Positions 32,490-43,479 are shown, numbered from the stretch's first letter. The stretch is 64,000 nucleotides of DNA from an uncultured Rubellimicrobium sp. (GCA_964540965.1 CAZIOT010000009.1:38642-102641); one strand, 5' to 3'. The notes: generated by a model from the letters alone, not told the origin. A program made the numbers and translations.

Positions 32490-35400
32490 CTACTCTGCGG
32501 CCAGTTTCGGCGGATGCGCGGTGCCTTCCAGCACCGACAGTCGCCGGCGCAGACCCACCAGTTCGGCCTGCTGGCTGGCGACCGAGGCGGCGACCTCGGC
32601 CGTGGTGGTTTCGGCCGGTTCATCCTCGCGCGGGCCGATCATGCGGCCGAACAGCCACTGCGCAGCGCGTTGCACGTCGTCCATGATCAGGAAGAACGAC
32701 GGCACGATGACCAGCGACAGCACGGTCGAGGCGACGATGCCGCCAATGACCGCGGTGGCCATCGGCGCGCGGAACGACCCGCCCTCGCCCACGCCAAGGG
32801 CCGAGGGCAGCATCCCCGCCGACATCGCGATCGAGGTCATGACGATGGGCCGCGCCCGCTTGCGCCCGGCCTCGACCATTGCCTCGAACCGCGACAGGCC
32901 GCGCTTGCGCATCTCGATGGCGAAATCGACCAGCAGGATGGCGTTCTTGGTGACGATGCCCATCAGCATCAGGATGCCGATATAGACCGGCATCGACAGC
33001 GGGCTGTTGGTCAGAAGCAGGGCCGCGGCAACCCCGCCGATGGCCATCGGCAGCGACAGGACGATGGTCATCGGCTGGATGACCGAGCCGAACAGCAGGA
33101 TCAGCACGGTCAGCACCAGCATGACGCCCATGATCATCGCCGTGCCAAAGGACTGCACCATTTCCTGCTGCACCTCGGCGTCGCCCGATTCGGCGATGCG
33201 CACGCCGGGCGGCAGGTCCACGGCGCTGGCCAGTTCCATGAACCGCGCGGTGGCGGTGCCCAGCGCCACGCCGGGCGGCAGGTTGGCGCCGATGGTGGCC
33301 AACCGTTCGCGGTTCAGGCGGTTTATGGTCGACGGCCCCTCGGCCATGAAGATGTCGGCAACCGCGTTAAGGGGCACCGTGGCGCCGGTGCTGGTCGGCA
33401 CCCGCAATGCCCCCAGCCGGGCCAGATCGCTGCGCATGTCTTGCGACAGCTCGACCCGCACCGGGATCATGCGGTTGTCGATCGAGACCTTGGCAAGCGC
33501 CGCGTCGAAATCGCCGATGGTGGCGACGCGCACCGTCTGGGCGATGGCGCTGGTCGTCACCCCCAACCGGGCGGCTTCGTCGGCGCGCGGCACGATCTGC
33601 ACCTCGGGCCGCGGCAGCGCACCCGAGGAGGCGACGTTGGCCAGCAGGGGGTCGCCGCGCAGGGCCTCTTCCAGCCGGGCAACCGCCTCGTTCAGGCCCG
33701 CTTCGTCGTCCGCAAGGATCGAATAGGTGATGTCGCGCGATCCGCGGTCGTTCAGCTTGAAGGCGCGGATGTCGGGGACGGCTTCCAGCCGGGCAAAGAT
33801 CTCGGCCTCGATGTCGTGCTGGGCGATCTCGCGGCCCGCGCTTTCGGGGACCGGGATGTATTGCCCGACAAGGGGCAGGTCATGGGCGATGCTCAGCAGC
33901 TTGTGTTCCAGCGAATGGTCCAGCGGATCCAGCAGCACCGTCACCGTGCCCAGCCGGATATCCAGGTCGCCGGTGGGCGAGGATCCGCCCAGCACGAACA
34001 CGTCGCGCACGCCTTCGACCTCGAGGATGATCTGCCGCATCGCCTCGGTCGTGGCATCGGTATCGGCCAGGACCGAACCCGGCGGCAGTTCGACGGAAAT
34101 GGAAATCCGGCTCACGTCCTCGGGCGGGAGGAAACTGCCCGGCACCTTCATCATGAAATACACCGACACGGCCAGCGCGCCGATGGCGGCGACGGCGGTC
34201 AGATAGCGCACGCTCATCGTCGCCTTGACGAGAAGCGTATAGCCCTTCATCACCCAGCCTTCGCGTTCGTGGTCGTCATGCGCATCGCCGGGGCGCATCA
34301 GGTAGGCGGCCATCATCGGCGTGATGAGGCGGGCGACGGCCAGCGAGAACAGCACCGCGATGCCGACGGTCAGGCCGAATTGCATGAAATACTGGCCGGG
34401 GATGCCACCCATGAACGACACCGGCACAAAGACCGCGACGATGGTCAGGGTCGTGGTGATGACCGCCATCCCGATCTCGTCGGCGGCCTCCATCGCGGCG
34501 CGATAGGGGGTCTTGCCCATGCGGATGTGTCGGGAAATGTTCTCGATTTCCACGATGGCATCGTCGACCAGAATCCCGGTGGCCAGCGTCAGGGCAAGGA
34601 AGCTGACAAGGTTCAGCGAAAAGCCCAGCAGATCCATCAGCCAGAAGGTCGGAATCGCCGACAGGGGCAGGGCGACGGCGGCGATCAGCGTGGCGCGCCA
34701 GTTGCGCAGGAACAGAAACACCACGATGACGGCAAGGATCGCGCCCTCAAGCAGCGTCTTGATCGCCGAGTCGTAGTTTCCATAGGTGTAGCCGACAGTA
34801 TCGTCGACCTTGACGATGGACACGTCGGGATGCGCGGCGCGCAGAAGGTCAAGCTGTTCGTTGACCACCTCGGCAACCGAGACCTCGGAGGCGCCCTTGG
34901 CCCGGAACACGGCAAAGGTCACCACCTGTTCGCCGTTGTAGCGCGAGAAGGACCGCAGTTCCTCGTAGGTGTCGATGACCTGGCCAAGCTCTCCCAGCCG
35001 CACGAAACGACCCGAGGGCAAGGCGATGGTGGTGTTCGACAGATCCTCGGCGGTGGCAGCATCGCCCAGGGTGCGGATCACCTGTTCCGAACCGCCGATT
35101 TCCGAACGGCCGGCGCCAAGATCGGTGTTGGTGGCGCGCAACTGCTGGCTGACCGCGGCGGCGGTGATGCCGAAACTGTCCAGCCGGACCGAATCCAGCT
35201 CGACGCGGATTTCCCGGTCGGCGCCGCCATAGCGGTCGATCCGGCCGACGCCGGGCTTGCCCTGCAAGGCGCGCTTGATCGTGTCGTCGACGAACCAGGA
35301 CAGTTCCTCGATGGTCATGCCGGGCGAGGACACGGCGAAGGTCATGATCGCCTGCCCCTCGACGTCGATCCGGGTCACGGTCGGCGCGTCGGCATCGGCG

Positions 35401-35759
35401 GGAAGGTCGCCGATGATGCGGTCGATGGCGTCCTTGACGTCCTGCACCGCCTTGTCGGTCGGCACTTCCATGCGGAACTGGACGACGGTGGTGGAAACCC
35501 CGTCGGCGACCGAGGAGGAGACTTCCTTGACCCCGGCGATGCCGGCCACCGCATCCTCGACCTCTTTGGTCACCTGCGCCTCAAGCTCGGCCGGGGCGGC
35601 GCCCGCTTGCGTCACGGTGACGGCGACCAGGGGCAGGTCGATGTTGGGAAAGCGGGTGATCGGCAGGTTGTTGAACGACGACCAGCCAAGAAACAGGAAC
35701 ATCACGAAGGCAAGGATCGGCGCGATCGGGTTGCGGATCGACCAGGCTGAGAAGTTCAT
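32490..35759 (-). CDS. RND-family efflux transporter, inner-membrane pump (AcrB-like)
   Basis: 1089 aa with the 12-TM/two-large-loop RND layout and ACR_tran-type sequence throughout. Carries an unusual ~55-aa C-terminal tail. Confidence 0.95.
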   Translation of the reverse strand: MNFSAWSIRNPIAPILAFVMFLFLGWSSFNNLPITRFPNIDLPLVAVTVTQAGAAPAELEAQVTKEVEDAVAGIAGVKEVSSSVADGVSTTVVQFRMEVPTDKAVQDVKDAIDRIIGDLPADADAPTVTRIDVEGQAIMTFAVSSPGMTIEELSWFVDDTIKRALQGKPGVGRIDRYGGADREIRVELDSVRLDSFGITAAAVSQQLRATNTDLGAGRSEIGGSEQVIRTLGDAATAEDLSNTTIALPSGRFVRLGELGQVIDTYEELRSFSRYNGEQVVTFAVFRAKGASEVSVAEVVNEQLDLLRAAHPDVSIVKVDDTVGYTYGNYDSAIKTLLEGAILAVIVVFLFLRNWRATLIAAVALPLSAIPTFWLMDLLGFSLNLVSFLALTLATGILVDDAIVEIENISRHIRMGKTPYRAAMEAADEIGMAVITTTLTIVAVFVPVSFMGGIPGQYFMQFGLTVGIAVLFSLAVARLITPMMAAYLMRPGDAHDDHEREGWVMKGYTLLVKATMSVRYLTAVAAIGALAVSVYFMMKVPGSFLPPEDVSRISISVELPPGSVLADTDATTEAMRQIILEVEGVRDVFVLGGSSPTGDLDIRLGTVTVLLDPLDHSLEHKLLSIAHDLPLVGQYIPVPESAGREIAQHDIEAEIFARLEAVPDIRAFKLNDRGSRDITYSILADDEAGLNEAVARLEEALRGDPLLANVASSGALPRPEVQIVPRADEAARLGVTTSAIAQTVRVATIGDFDAALAKVSIDNRMIPVRVELSQDMRSDLARLGALRVPTSTGATVPLNAVADIFMAEGPSTINRLNRERLATIGANLPPGVALGTATARFMELASAVDLPPGVRIAESGDAEVQQEMVQSFGTAMIMGVMLVLTVLILLFGSVIQPMTIVLSLPMAIGGVAAALLLTNSPLSMPVYIGILMLMGIVTKNAILLVDFAIEMRKRGLSRFEAMVEAGRKRARPIVMTSIAMSAGMLPSALGVGEGGSFRAPMATAVIGGIVASTVLSLVIVPSFFLIMDDVQRAAQWLFGRMIGPREDEPAETTTAEVAASVASQQAELVGLRRRLSVLEGTAHPPKLAAE

Positions 35760-35767
35760 GGCGGGCC

Positions 35768-36937
35768 TCAGTTGGTCGGGGCGGCCGGGGCGGCCGGCAC
35801 CGGGGTGATCTGGTCGCCGGGGCGGACAAAGGCGCCGGCACGGGCAACCACCATATCGCCCTGGGCAAGGCCCGAGACGATCTCGATCAGGGCGCCGTCG
35901 CGGATGCCGGTCACCACCTCGACCTCGCTGACGATGCCTTGGGCATCGACGCGCAGCACACGGGCGGCGCCATCGGCGGGGGTCTGCACCGCGGTGACGG
36001 GCAGGGCCACGCCGCTGCGGCGGGCCAGCAGGATCTCGGCTTCGGCGAACAGGCCCGAGCGCACCTGCGTCGGATCGTCGATGGCGATGCGGACGCGGCC
36101 CAGCCGGGTCGCGGCATCGACGGTCGGGTCGACCAGCCGGACATGGCCGGGCAGCGGCGCCGTGGCGCCGACCGGGCGCAGGCTGGCATCCTGTCCGGCG
36201 ACCACGCGCAGCACGTCCTGTTCGGCGATATCGGCCTGCAATTCCAAGGCGCCGTCGCGGATCAGCACGAACATCGGCTGCCCGGCGGCGCTGGCGATGG
36301 CCCCGACCTGCGCGTTGCGGGCCGAAACAAGGCCGGCCACCGGTGCGGTGATGCGGGTGCGCTGGATGTTGATCTCGACATTTTCAAGCTGGAGCGCGGC
36401 CAGATCGACCTGCGCCCGCGCCGCGGCGATGGCCTGTTCGGTCGCCGTGACCTGCGCAAGGGCCGAGGACGCCGCCGCCCCGGCCTGATCCAGCGCCGCT
36501 TGCGACGAGGCGCCCTCGGCCCGCAGGGTCTGGGTCCGGTCGCGCACGCGTACAGCCTCGTCGGCATTGGCCTGCGCGACGGCAAGCTGCGCTTCGGCCT
36601 GGGCCAGCGCGGCAAGGGCCGATTGCTGGCTGGCCTGCAACTGGCTGCGTTGCAGGATCAGGGTTTCATCGGCAAGTTCCGCCATGACCTGCCCCTGTTC
36701 CACCCAGTCGCCCAGATCGACCAGCAGGGTTTCGATCCGCTGCCCCTCGATCTGCGGCGCGACCGCGACCTCTTCGACCGGGGCGATACGGCCCGAGGCA
36801 TAGACCCGGTCCGACAGTTCGGCGATGACGGCGCTGGCGACGGTGATCGCCGGGGCGGTCGCAGAGGGCGCCGCCTCTTGCGCAAGCAGCGGCAGGGGCA
36901 GCGACAGAAGAAGGGCGAGGGGAAGGGCACGCATCAC
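35768..36937 (-). CDS. RND efflux periplasmic adaptor (membrane fusion protein)
   Basis: Signal peptide, coiled-coil hairpin region and HlyD_D23-like barrel. Lies directly upstream of the pump gene. Confidence 0.9.
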   Translation of the reverse strand: MMRALPLALLLSLPLPLLAQEAAPSATAPAITVASAVIAELSDRVYASGRIAPVEEVAVAPQIEGQRIETLLVDLGDWVEQGQVMAELADETLILQRSQLQASQQSALAALAQAEAQLAVAQANADEAVRVRDRTQTLRAEGASSQAALDQAGAAASSALAQVTATEQAIAAARAQVDLAALQLENVEINIQRTRITAPVAGLVSARNAQVGAIASAAGQPMFVLIRDGALELQADIAEQDVLRVVAGQDASLRPVGATAPLPGHVRLVDPTVDAATRLGRVRIAIDDPTQVRSGLFAEAEILLARRSGVALPVTAVQTPADGAARVLRVDAQGIVSEVEVVTGIRDGALIEIVSGLAQGDMVVARAGAFVRPGDQITPVPAAPAAPTN

Positions 36938-37593
36938 GGGGTCACTCGGGGCGAGGAAATATCGTCAAGGATCTGGTCCACGGCGCGCATGACCAGAGAG
37001 ATCAGCCGCTGCGGATTTTCCGGGTCAAGCGGGCTGGTCACGCCGCAGCGCGTCATCATCGCGCCGCGCGACAAGAGGAAGATCATCGCCGCATGGGGGC
37101 GAAACAGATCCTCGACCTCGGCCTGCGGGCGGCCGGACATGCGGGTGAAAAGCTGCAGGATATAGGTCGTCACCGTCGCCTCCATCCGCATCATCGCCTC
37201 GGCCACCGCCGGGCGGCGGCTGGCGGCGGACTGGATTTCGGCCCAAAGCGCGCCATCGGCCTCGTTCTTTTCGCGCGACAGATAGTCGGCCAGCGTTTCC
37301 AGCAGCAGCGGGCGCAGAAGCTCGGCCTGATGCAGGTCCGAAAAGCGGCGTTCGATTTCCGCCATCTTGCGGTCGACCAGCGCGACGATGATCGCATCCT
37401 TGGACGCGAAGTAACGGTAGAAATTCGAGGCCGACATCCCGGCGGCGCGCGCCAGATCCTGCATCGAGGCTCCGTCAAAGCCCTTGAGCGCAAAGGCGGA
37501 TGTGCACTGGTCAAGGATTTCATCGGCGCGCGGCAGGACCGCGGGCGGCGCGGCGCGGCGGGCGGGGGCGGTGGTGGTGCTGGAATCGGGCAT
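36934..37593 (-). CDS. TetR-family transcriptional regulator
   Basis: HTH ASMQDLARAAGMSASNFYRYFASKDAI. ATG at 37593 is preferred, since the GTG at 37623 lies inside the palindrome. Confidence 0.85.
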   Translation of the reverse strand: MPDSSTTTAPARRAAPPAVLPRADEILDQCTSAFALKGFDGASMQDLARAAGMSASNFYRYFASKDAIIVALVDRKMAEIERRFSDLHQAELLRPLLLETLADYLSREKNEADGALWAEIQSAASRRPAVAEAMMRMEATVTTYILQLFTRMSGRPQAEVEDLFRPHAAMIFLLSRGAMMTRCGVTSPLDPENPQRLISLVMRAVDQILDDISSPRVTP

Positions 37594-37605
37594 GGTCGGG
37601 TCCGA

Positions 37606-37621
37606 GAATGAATGTTCATTC
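37606..37621. promoter_or_regulatory. Perfect 7-2-7 inverted repeat, candidate TetR operator
   Basis: GAATGAA-TG-TTCATTC lies 13 nt upstream of the tetR ATG. It is AT-rich within a GC-rich context. Confidence 0.5.
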
Positions 37622-37689
37622 ACATACCGCGAAAGATGGCCCGGTCAAGAACCATTGCGGGCATTTTCGCGGCAGTGCAGCGAAAAGTG

Positions 37690-38595
37690 TCAGGTGCGGC
37701 GCAGTTCGGCCATGGGGATCAGCGCGCCGGGTTGGGCGATGACGCGCAGCGACATCGCATGGCCGGCGCGGGCGGCGGCGACCGGATCCGCGCCGGTCAG
37801 CCGCGCCGCAAGGAAGGCACCGTTGAAGCTGTCGCCGGCGCCGGTGCTGTCGACGGGTCTTGCCCGTTCGACCGCGATCACCTCGCGCGATGAAGGCGTG
37901 GCCACCGTCATCGGCCCGCCGCCGTTCTTGACCACGACCTCGGCCGCGCCGGCGGCGATCCAGCGCGCGGCGCAGGCGTCGGGACCCGTGTCGCCAAAGG
38001 CCGCCGCCTCGTCATCGAAGCTGGGCAGGACAATGCAGGACACGGCGGCGGCGGCGGTCAGCGCCGCGCGCATTTCCGCCGCGTCCTGCCACAGCCGGGT
38101 GCGGATGTTCGGATCGAACACCGTCAGCCGCCCGGCCGCGCGCGCGGCGCCGACCGCGGACAGCAGATGCGCGCGCGCCGCGGGGGCAAGGATCGCCAGC
38201 GTGATGCCCGAGAAATAGACAGCATCGGCCCCGGCGATCACGGCCCCCAGCGCGGCGCGATCATCGGCCAGATGCCGGGCGGCGGACTGGCCGCGCCAAT
38301 AGGCAAAGCTGCGCTCGCCGTCGTGCAGTTCGATGGCGTAAAGCCCGACGCTGCGGTCTGGATCGCGGACGATACCTTCGGTGCCGATGCCGTTGTCCGC
38401 AAGGAAATCCAGCATCCGGCCCGAAAATGGATCGCCGCCCAGCCGGGTGAAATACTCTACCGACCAGCCGGCGGGCAGCAGGGCGCGGGCATACCAGGCG
38501 GTGTTCAGCGTGTCGCCGGCAAAGCCCAGCCGCCACAGCCCGCCCGTCGCCTGCGACAGTTCCACCATCGCCTCGCCGATGGACAACAGTCGCAT
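37690..38595 (-). CDS. kdgK: PfkB-family sugar kinase, 2-dehydro-3-deoxygluconokinase-like
   Basis: N-terminus LSIGEAMVEL and C-terminal motif DSTGAGDSFNGAFL. Abuts the ugd stop. Confidence 0.75.
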   Translation of the reverse strand: MRLLSIGEAMVELSQATGGLWRLGFAGDTLNTAWYARALLPAGWSVEYFTRLGGDPFSGRMLDFLADNGIGTEGIVRDPDRSVGLYAIELHDGERSFAYWRGQSAARHLADDRAALGAVIAGADAVYFSGITLAILAPAARAHLLSAVGAARAAGRLTVFDPNIRTRLWQDAAEMRAALTAAAAVSCIVLPSFDDEAAAFGDTGPDACAARWIAAGAAEVVVKNGGGPMTVATPSSREVIAVERARPVDSTGAGDSFNGAFLAARLTGADPVAAARAGHAMSLRVIAQPGALIPMAELRRT

Positions 38596-39915
38596 TCAGG
38601 CACCCAGGGCAGGCCGGCCGACGCCGGTATAGGCGACAAAGCCCGCCGCCAGAGCATCGGCGCCGGAATAGATGTTGCGCAGGTCGGCCAGCCGCGGATC
38701 GGCCATCAGCCCGGCCAGCCGGCGCAGATCCAGCGCGCGGAATTCGTTCCATTCGGTCAGGATGACCAGCGCCCCGGCGCCGGTCGCGGCGGCATAGGGA
38801 TCGGTCAGCCATTCGGCGCCGGGCAAGAGCGCCGCGCCCTCGCGCCGGCCCTGCGGATCGACGATCCGCACCCGCGCCCCGGCCCCGATCAGCGCCGGCA
38901 CCACGGTCAGTGCCGGCGCCTCGCGCATGTCGTCGGTGTTGGGCTTGAAGGTCACGCCCAGCACGGCAATGGTCCGCCCGGCGACCGATCCGCCGCACAG
39001 GTCGGTGATCTTGTCCACCATCCGCCGCCGGTGGGCGTCATTCACCGCCACCACCGTTTCGGTGATCCGCTGCGGCGCGCCATGGTCCTGCCCGATGCGG
39101 GCCAGGGCCTGCGTGTCCTTGGGAAAGCACGACCCGCCGTAACCCGGCCCGGAGTGCAGGAATTTCGATCCGATCCGCCCGTCCAGCCCCATGCCGCGGG
39201 CGACATCCTTGACATCGGCGCCGACCTTTTCGCACAAGGTGGCGATTTCGTTGATGAAAGTGATCTTGGTGGCCAGAAAGGCGTTGGCCGCGTATTTCAC
39301 CAGCTCCGCGGTTTCCAGCCCGGTATAGACCACGGGAAAGTCGCGCAGATAGAGCGGGCGATAGACCTCGGCCAGAACCGTGCGGGCGCGGTCGCTTTCG
39401 ATGCCGACGATCACCCGGTCGGGCTTCATGAAATCCTCGATCGCGGCGCCCTCGCGCAGGAATTCCGGGTTCGAGGCGACTTCGGCCGGCAGGTCGGGCC
39501 GCACCTCGCGCAGGATTTCGGCAATCCGGCGGTTGGTGCCGACCGGCACCGTCGATTTCGTCACCACCACTGTTGGCCCGGTCAGCGCCGCGGCGATTTC
39601 GCGGGCGGCGGCAAAGACATAGGTCAGGTCGGCATGGCCATCGCCGCGCCGCGCCGGGGTGCCCACGGCGATGAACACCGCCCCGGCGCCGTCGACGGCA
39701 CCCTTGAGATCGGTGGTAAAGCTCAACCGCCCCGCGGCGATGTTTCGGGCGATCAGCCCCTCGAGCCCCGGTTCATAGATCGGCACGCCGCCGGCGCGAA
39801 GCAGGTCGATCTTGGCGGCGTCGCGGTCGACGCAGACGACCTCGTGCCCGAAGTCGGAAAAGCACACGCCCGAGACCAGCCCGACATAGCCTGTGCCGAT
39901 CATCGCGATCTTCAT
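38596..39915 (-). CDS. ugd: UDP-glucose 6-dehydrogenase
   Basis: MKIAMIGTGYVGLVSG Rossmann motif and catalytic GGSCFPKD. 439 aa; the 1252-aa ORF in the track is an artefactual extension. Confidence 0.95.
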   Translation of the reverse strand: MKIAMIGTGYVGLVSGVCFSDFGHEVVCVDRDAAKIDLLRAGGVPIYEPGLEGLIARNIAAGRLSFTTDLKGAVDGAGAVFIAVGTPARRGDGHADLTYVFAAAREIAAALTGPTVVVTKSTVPVGTNRRIAEILREVRPDLPAEVASNPEFLREGAAIEDFMKPDRVIVGIESDRARTVLAEVYRPLYLRDFPVVYTGLETAELVKYAANAFLATKITFINEIATLCEKVGADVKDVARGMGLDGRIGSKFLHSGPGYGGSCFPKDTQALARIGQDHGAPQRITETVVAVNDAHRRRMVDKITDLCGGSVAGRTIAVLGVTFKPNTDDMREAPALTVVPALIGAGARVRIVDPQGRREGAALLPGAEWLTDPYAAATGAGALVILTEWNEFRALDLRRLAGLMADPRLADLRNIYSGADALAAGFVAYTGVGRPALGA

Positions 39916-40038
39916 GCACGCCTCGCCCTGTTGCCCGTCCTTGATAGCGCCCGGCCCATACGGCGCAAGGGGAAGGGGCGCAAGGCTTGCCCCGGTCGCA
40001 CCGGCATGGTCAAGCTGACCAAAACGGGGGGGGCTGCC

Positions 40039-42480
40039 ATGACCGAGACCGAGATCGCCGCGCTGGTCGATGCGATGACGCTGGACGAACAGGTGGCGCT
40101 GCTGTCGGGCGCCGATTTCTGGTCGGTGGCGGGGAACGCCCGGCTGGGCATCGGCGAGCTGCGCGTCACCGACGGCCCGAACGGCGCCCGCGGCGGCGGA
40201 TCGCTGACCGGCGGCGTCACCGCGGCGGCCTTTCCGGTCGGCATCGCGCTGGGCGCAAGCTGGGATCCGGCACTGGCCGAGGCGGTGGGCGCCGCCCTTG
40301 CGGCCGAGGTCAGGTCGAAGGGCGCGCATATGTCGCTGGCCCCGACGGTGAACATCCATCGTTCGGTGACGAACGGCCGCAATTTCGAATGCTATTCCGA
40401 GGATCCGGAACTGACCGCCGCCCTCGCCGTCGGCTATGTACGCGGCCTGCAGGGGCAGGGTGTCGGCGCGACGATCAAGCATTTCGCCGGCAACGAATCG
40501 GAAATTGAGCGCACCACCATCGATTCCGAGATCGGCGAGCGCGCCTTGCGCGAAATCTACCTGCGCCCGTTCGAGGATGCGGTGAAACTGGCCGGGACAT
40601 GGGGGGTCATGTCCTCCTACAACAAGCTGAATGGCACCTATACCGCGGAAAACCCGTGGCTTTTGACCACGGTGCTGCGCGGCGACTGGGGCTATGACGG
40701 GATCGTCATGTCCGACTGGTTCGGCTCTCGCAGCACGGCGCCGACGGTCAATGCCGGGCTGGATCTGGAAATGCCGGGGCCGACGCGCGACCGCGGCGCG
40801 AAACTGGTCGCCGCGGTGCAGGCGGGCGAGGTCGGCGCCGCTACGGTGCGCGAGCGGGTGCTGAACATGCTGCGGGTCATGGCGCGGACCGGGGCGCTGC
40901 GCGACCTGACGCCGCGGGTCGAGGTCGCCGATGACCGCCCGGAAACCCGCGCCCTGATCCGCCGCGCCGGGGCAGCGGGGACGGTGCTGCTGACAAACGA
41001 CGGGCTGCTGCCGCTGGGAGAAAACCCCGGACGCATCGCCGTCATCGGGCCGAATGCTGCGGTGGCGCAGGTGATGGGCGGCGGCTCGGCGCAGCTGAAC
41101 CCGCACTACACGGTGTCGCCGTTGCAGGGGCTGACCGCCCGCTATGGCGCCGAAAACGTCAGCCATGCGCCGGGCTGCACCAACCATCGCTGGGAACCCG
41201 TCCTGCAAGGGCCGTTGCACGCCGAATATTTCGACAACCTGCATTTCGGCGGTGCCCCGGCGCATGTCGAGGAGATGCCCGACGGCAACCAGTTCATCAT
41301 CGTGCCGGGCGGCGGCAAGGTCGCCCCGGACGGCTTCAGCCTGCGGGTCAGTGGCAGGTTCCGCCCGGCGGAGTCGGGTCTGCACCGTGTCGGCATTGCC
41401 GCCACCGGCCCGGCGCGGGTGTTCGTCGACGGCAGGCTTGTCGCCGATGCCAGCCTGTGGACCAAGGGCCGCACCTTCTTTGAAGAGGGCTGCGACGAGG
41501 TGGTGGGCGAGGTGGCGCTGACCGCCGGGCAGGATCATGCCGTGGTGCTGGAAATGACCGCGCGGCGCGGCGACAACCTGCAATTCAGCGCCTTCCGGCT
41601 GGGCATCGGCCTGCCCCTGGGCGATGCGGCGATCGCGCAGGCGGCGCAGGTGGCTGCCGGGGCCGATGTCGCCGTGGTCTGCATCGGCCGCAACGGCGAA
41701 TGGGATACCGAGGGCAGCGACCTGCAGGGCATCGCCCTGCCCGGCCGGCAGGACGAACTGGTTGCCGCCGTCATCGCCGCCAATCCGCGCACCGTTGTCG
41801 TGCTGCAAACCGGCGGGCCGGTGGAATTGCCGTGGATGGGCGATGCGGCGGCGGTGCTGCAGGCGTGGTATCCGGGGCAGGAATGCGGCAATGCCATCGC
41901 CGATGTGCTGTCGGGCGAGACCGAGCCGGGCGGCCGCCTGCCCCAGACCTTTCCCCGCCGCTGGGCCGACAATCCGGCGCAAAGCCAGGATCCCGAGGTC
42001 TATCCCGGCCTGAACGGCAAGGTGCGCTATGAGGAAGGCGTATTCATCGGCTATCGCCACTATCAGCGCCACGGCATCGCACCGATGTTCGCCTTCGGGC
42101 ATGGCCTGTCCTACACGGGGTTCGACCTGCAACTCCTGTCTGCCGAGGCCTCGGGCACCGGCGTTCGCGTCACCGCGCGGCTGACCAATACCGGCGCCCG
42201 CGCCGGGTCCAGCGTGGTGCAGCTTTATGTGGGCGAGGACCGGCCGGCCCTGCCGCGCCCGGCGATGGAGCTGAAGGCGTTCCGCAAGCTGGCGCTTGAT
42301 CCGGGCGAGGCGGCCGAGATCGGTTTCGACCTTGGCCCGCGCGCCTTTGCCCATTGGAACGAGGCCGCGCGGCAGTGGCGGGTGACGGGCGGTTCCTTCA
42401 CCCTGTCGCTGGGCCTGTCGGCCGAGGATATCCGCGGCCGGGCCGCGGTCAGGGTCGCCGACTGGACCGGCGCGCCTTGA
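40039..42480 (+). CDS. GH3 beta-glucosidase with an inserted PA14-like domain
   Basis: GH3 motifs ([16 protein letters not shown]) with a PA14-like insert. The start is at 40039, or alternatively 40006. Confidence 0.9.
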   Translation: MTETEIAALVDAMTLDEQVALLSGADFWSVAGNARLGIGELRVTDGPNGARGGGSLTGGVTAAAFPVGIALGASWDPALAEAVGAALAAEVRSKGAHMSLAPTVNIHRSVTNGRNFECYSEDPELTAALAVGYVRGLQGQGVGATIKHFAGNESEIERTTIDSEIGERALREIYLRPFEDAVKLAGTWGVMSSYNKLNGTYTAENPWLLTTVLRGDWGYDGIVMSDWFGSRSTAPTVNAGLDLEMPGPTRDRGAKLVAAVQAGEVGAATVRERVLNMLRVMARTGALRDLTPRVEVADDRPETRALIRRAGAAGTVLLTNDGLLPLGENPGRIAVIGPNAAVAQVMGGGSAQLNPHYTVSPLQGLTARYGAENVSHAPGCTNHRWEPVLQGPLHAEYFDNLHFGGAPAHVEEMPDGNQFIIVPGGGKVAPDGFSLRVSGRFRPAESGLHRVGIAATGPARVFVDGRLVADASLWTKGRTFFEEGCDEVVGEVALTAGQDHAVVLEMTARRGDNLQFSAFRLGIGLPLGDAAIAQAAQVAAGADVAVVCIGRNGEWDTEGSDLQGIALPGRQDELVAAVIAANPRTVVVLQTGGPVELPWMGDAAAVLQAWYPGQECGNAIADVLSGETEPGGRLPQTFPRRWADNPAQSQDPEVYPGLNGKVRYEEGVFIGYRHYQRHGIAPMFAFGHGLSYTGFDLQLLSAEASGTGVRVTARLTNTGARAGSSVVQLYVGEDRPALPRPAMELKAFRKLALDPGEAAEIGFDLGPRAFAHWNEAARQWRVTGGSFTLSLGLSAEDIRGRAAVRVADWTGAP

Positions 42481-43475
42481 CCCGCGTCCTTGTCACCGGC
42501 AGCGCCGGGTTCATCGGCTTTCACCTGTGCCGGCTCTTGCTGGCCGAGGGGATGACGGTTCTTGGTCTGGACGGGATGACCGATTACTACGACGTGGCGC
42601 TGAAACGGCAGCGCCACGCGATCCTGCGGCGCGAGCCGGGTTTTGCCGCGGTCGAGGCCATGCTGGACGATCCCGCCGCCGCCGCTGCCGTCGCCGCCTT
42701 CCGGCCGGAAATCATCGTCCACCTCGCCGCGCAGGCCGGGGTGCGCTATTCGCTGGAAAACCCGCGGTCCTATGTCGACAGCAATGTCACCGGCAGTTTC
42801 CTTGTGCTCGACTGGGCGCGGGCGGCGGGGGTGCGGCATCTGCTGATGGCCTCGACATCCTCGGTCTATGGCGCCAATCCCGGCCTGCCGTTCCGCGAAG
42901 CCGACAAGGCGGCGCTGCCGCTGACGATCTATGCCGCGACCAAGTCGGCGATGGAGGCGATGGCCCATTCCTGGGCGCATGTGAATCGCGTGCCGGTGAC
43001 CCTGTTCCGCTTCTTCACCGTCTACGGGCCCTGGGGGCGGCCCGACATGGCGTTGTTCAGGTTCACCGACGCAATCCTGTCGGACCGGCCGATCGACCTT
43101 TACAACGGCGGCCGCATGGCGCGCGATTTCACCTATGTCGCCGATCTGGTGCAGGCGATCCGGCTGCTGATCGACAGGGTGCCCGGCGATGCCCCGGCGG
43201 TCGAGGGTGACAGCCTGTCGCCGGTGGCGCCCTGCCGGGTGGTCAATATCGGCAACGGCCAGCCGGTCGGGCTTGAGGATTTCGTCGCGGTGCTCGAGGA
43301 CTGCCTGGGTCGCAAGGCGCAGCGCAACCTTCTGCCGATGCAGACCGGCGATGTGCCGGCGACCTGGGCCGACGTGACCCTGCTTGAACGGCTGACCGGC
43401 GCCCGGCCGCGCACCGCGCTGCGTGACGGTGTCGCCGCCTTTGTCGACTGGTTCCGCGACTATTACCGCCGTTAG
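42477..43475 (+). CDS. NAD-dependent nucleotide-sugar epimerase (UDP-glucuronate 4-epimerase-like)
   Basis: [14 protein letters not shown] and YAATKSAME (YxxxK). The TTG start overlaps the GH3 stop (TTGA). Confidence 0.85.
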   Translation: MTRVLVTGSAGFIGFHLCRLLLAEGMTVLGLDGMTDYYDVALKRQRHAILRREPGFAAVEAMLDDPAAAAAVAAFRPEIIVHLAAQAGVRYSLENPRSYVDSNVTGSFLVLDWARAAGVRHLLMASTSSVYGANPGLPFREADKAALPLTIYAATKSAMEAMAHSWAHVNRVPVTLFRFFTVYGPWGRPDMALFRFTDAILSDRPIDLYNGGRMARDFTYVADLVQAIRLLIDRVPGDAPAVEGDSLSPVAPCRVVNIGNGQPVGLEDFVAVLEDCLGRKAQRNLLPMQTGDVPATWADVTLLERLTGARPRTALRDGVAAFVDWFRDYYRR

Positions 43476-43479
43476 CGGT

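Noticed and set aside
38167-42480. 1437-aa plus-strand ORF and the 1252-aa minus-strand ORF (38596-42354) as single giant genes
   Set aside because: Only the C-terminal 813 aa of the plus-strand ORF (GH3) and the C-terminal 439 aa of the minus-strand ORF (Ugd) look like real proteins. The remainder is antisense shadow of the neighbouring genes.
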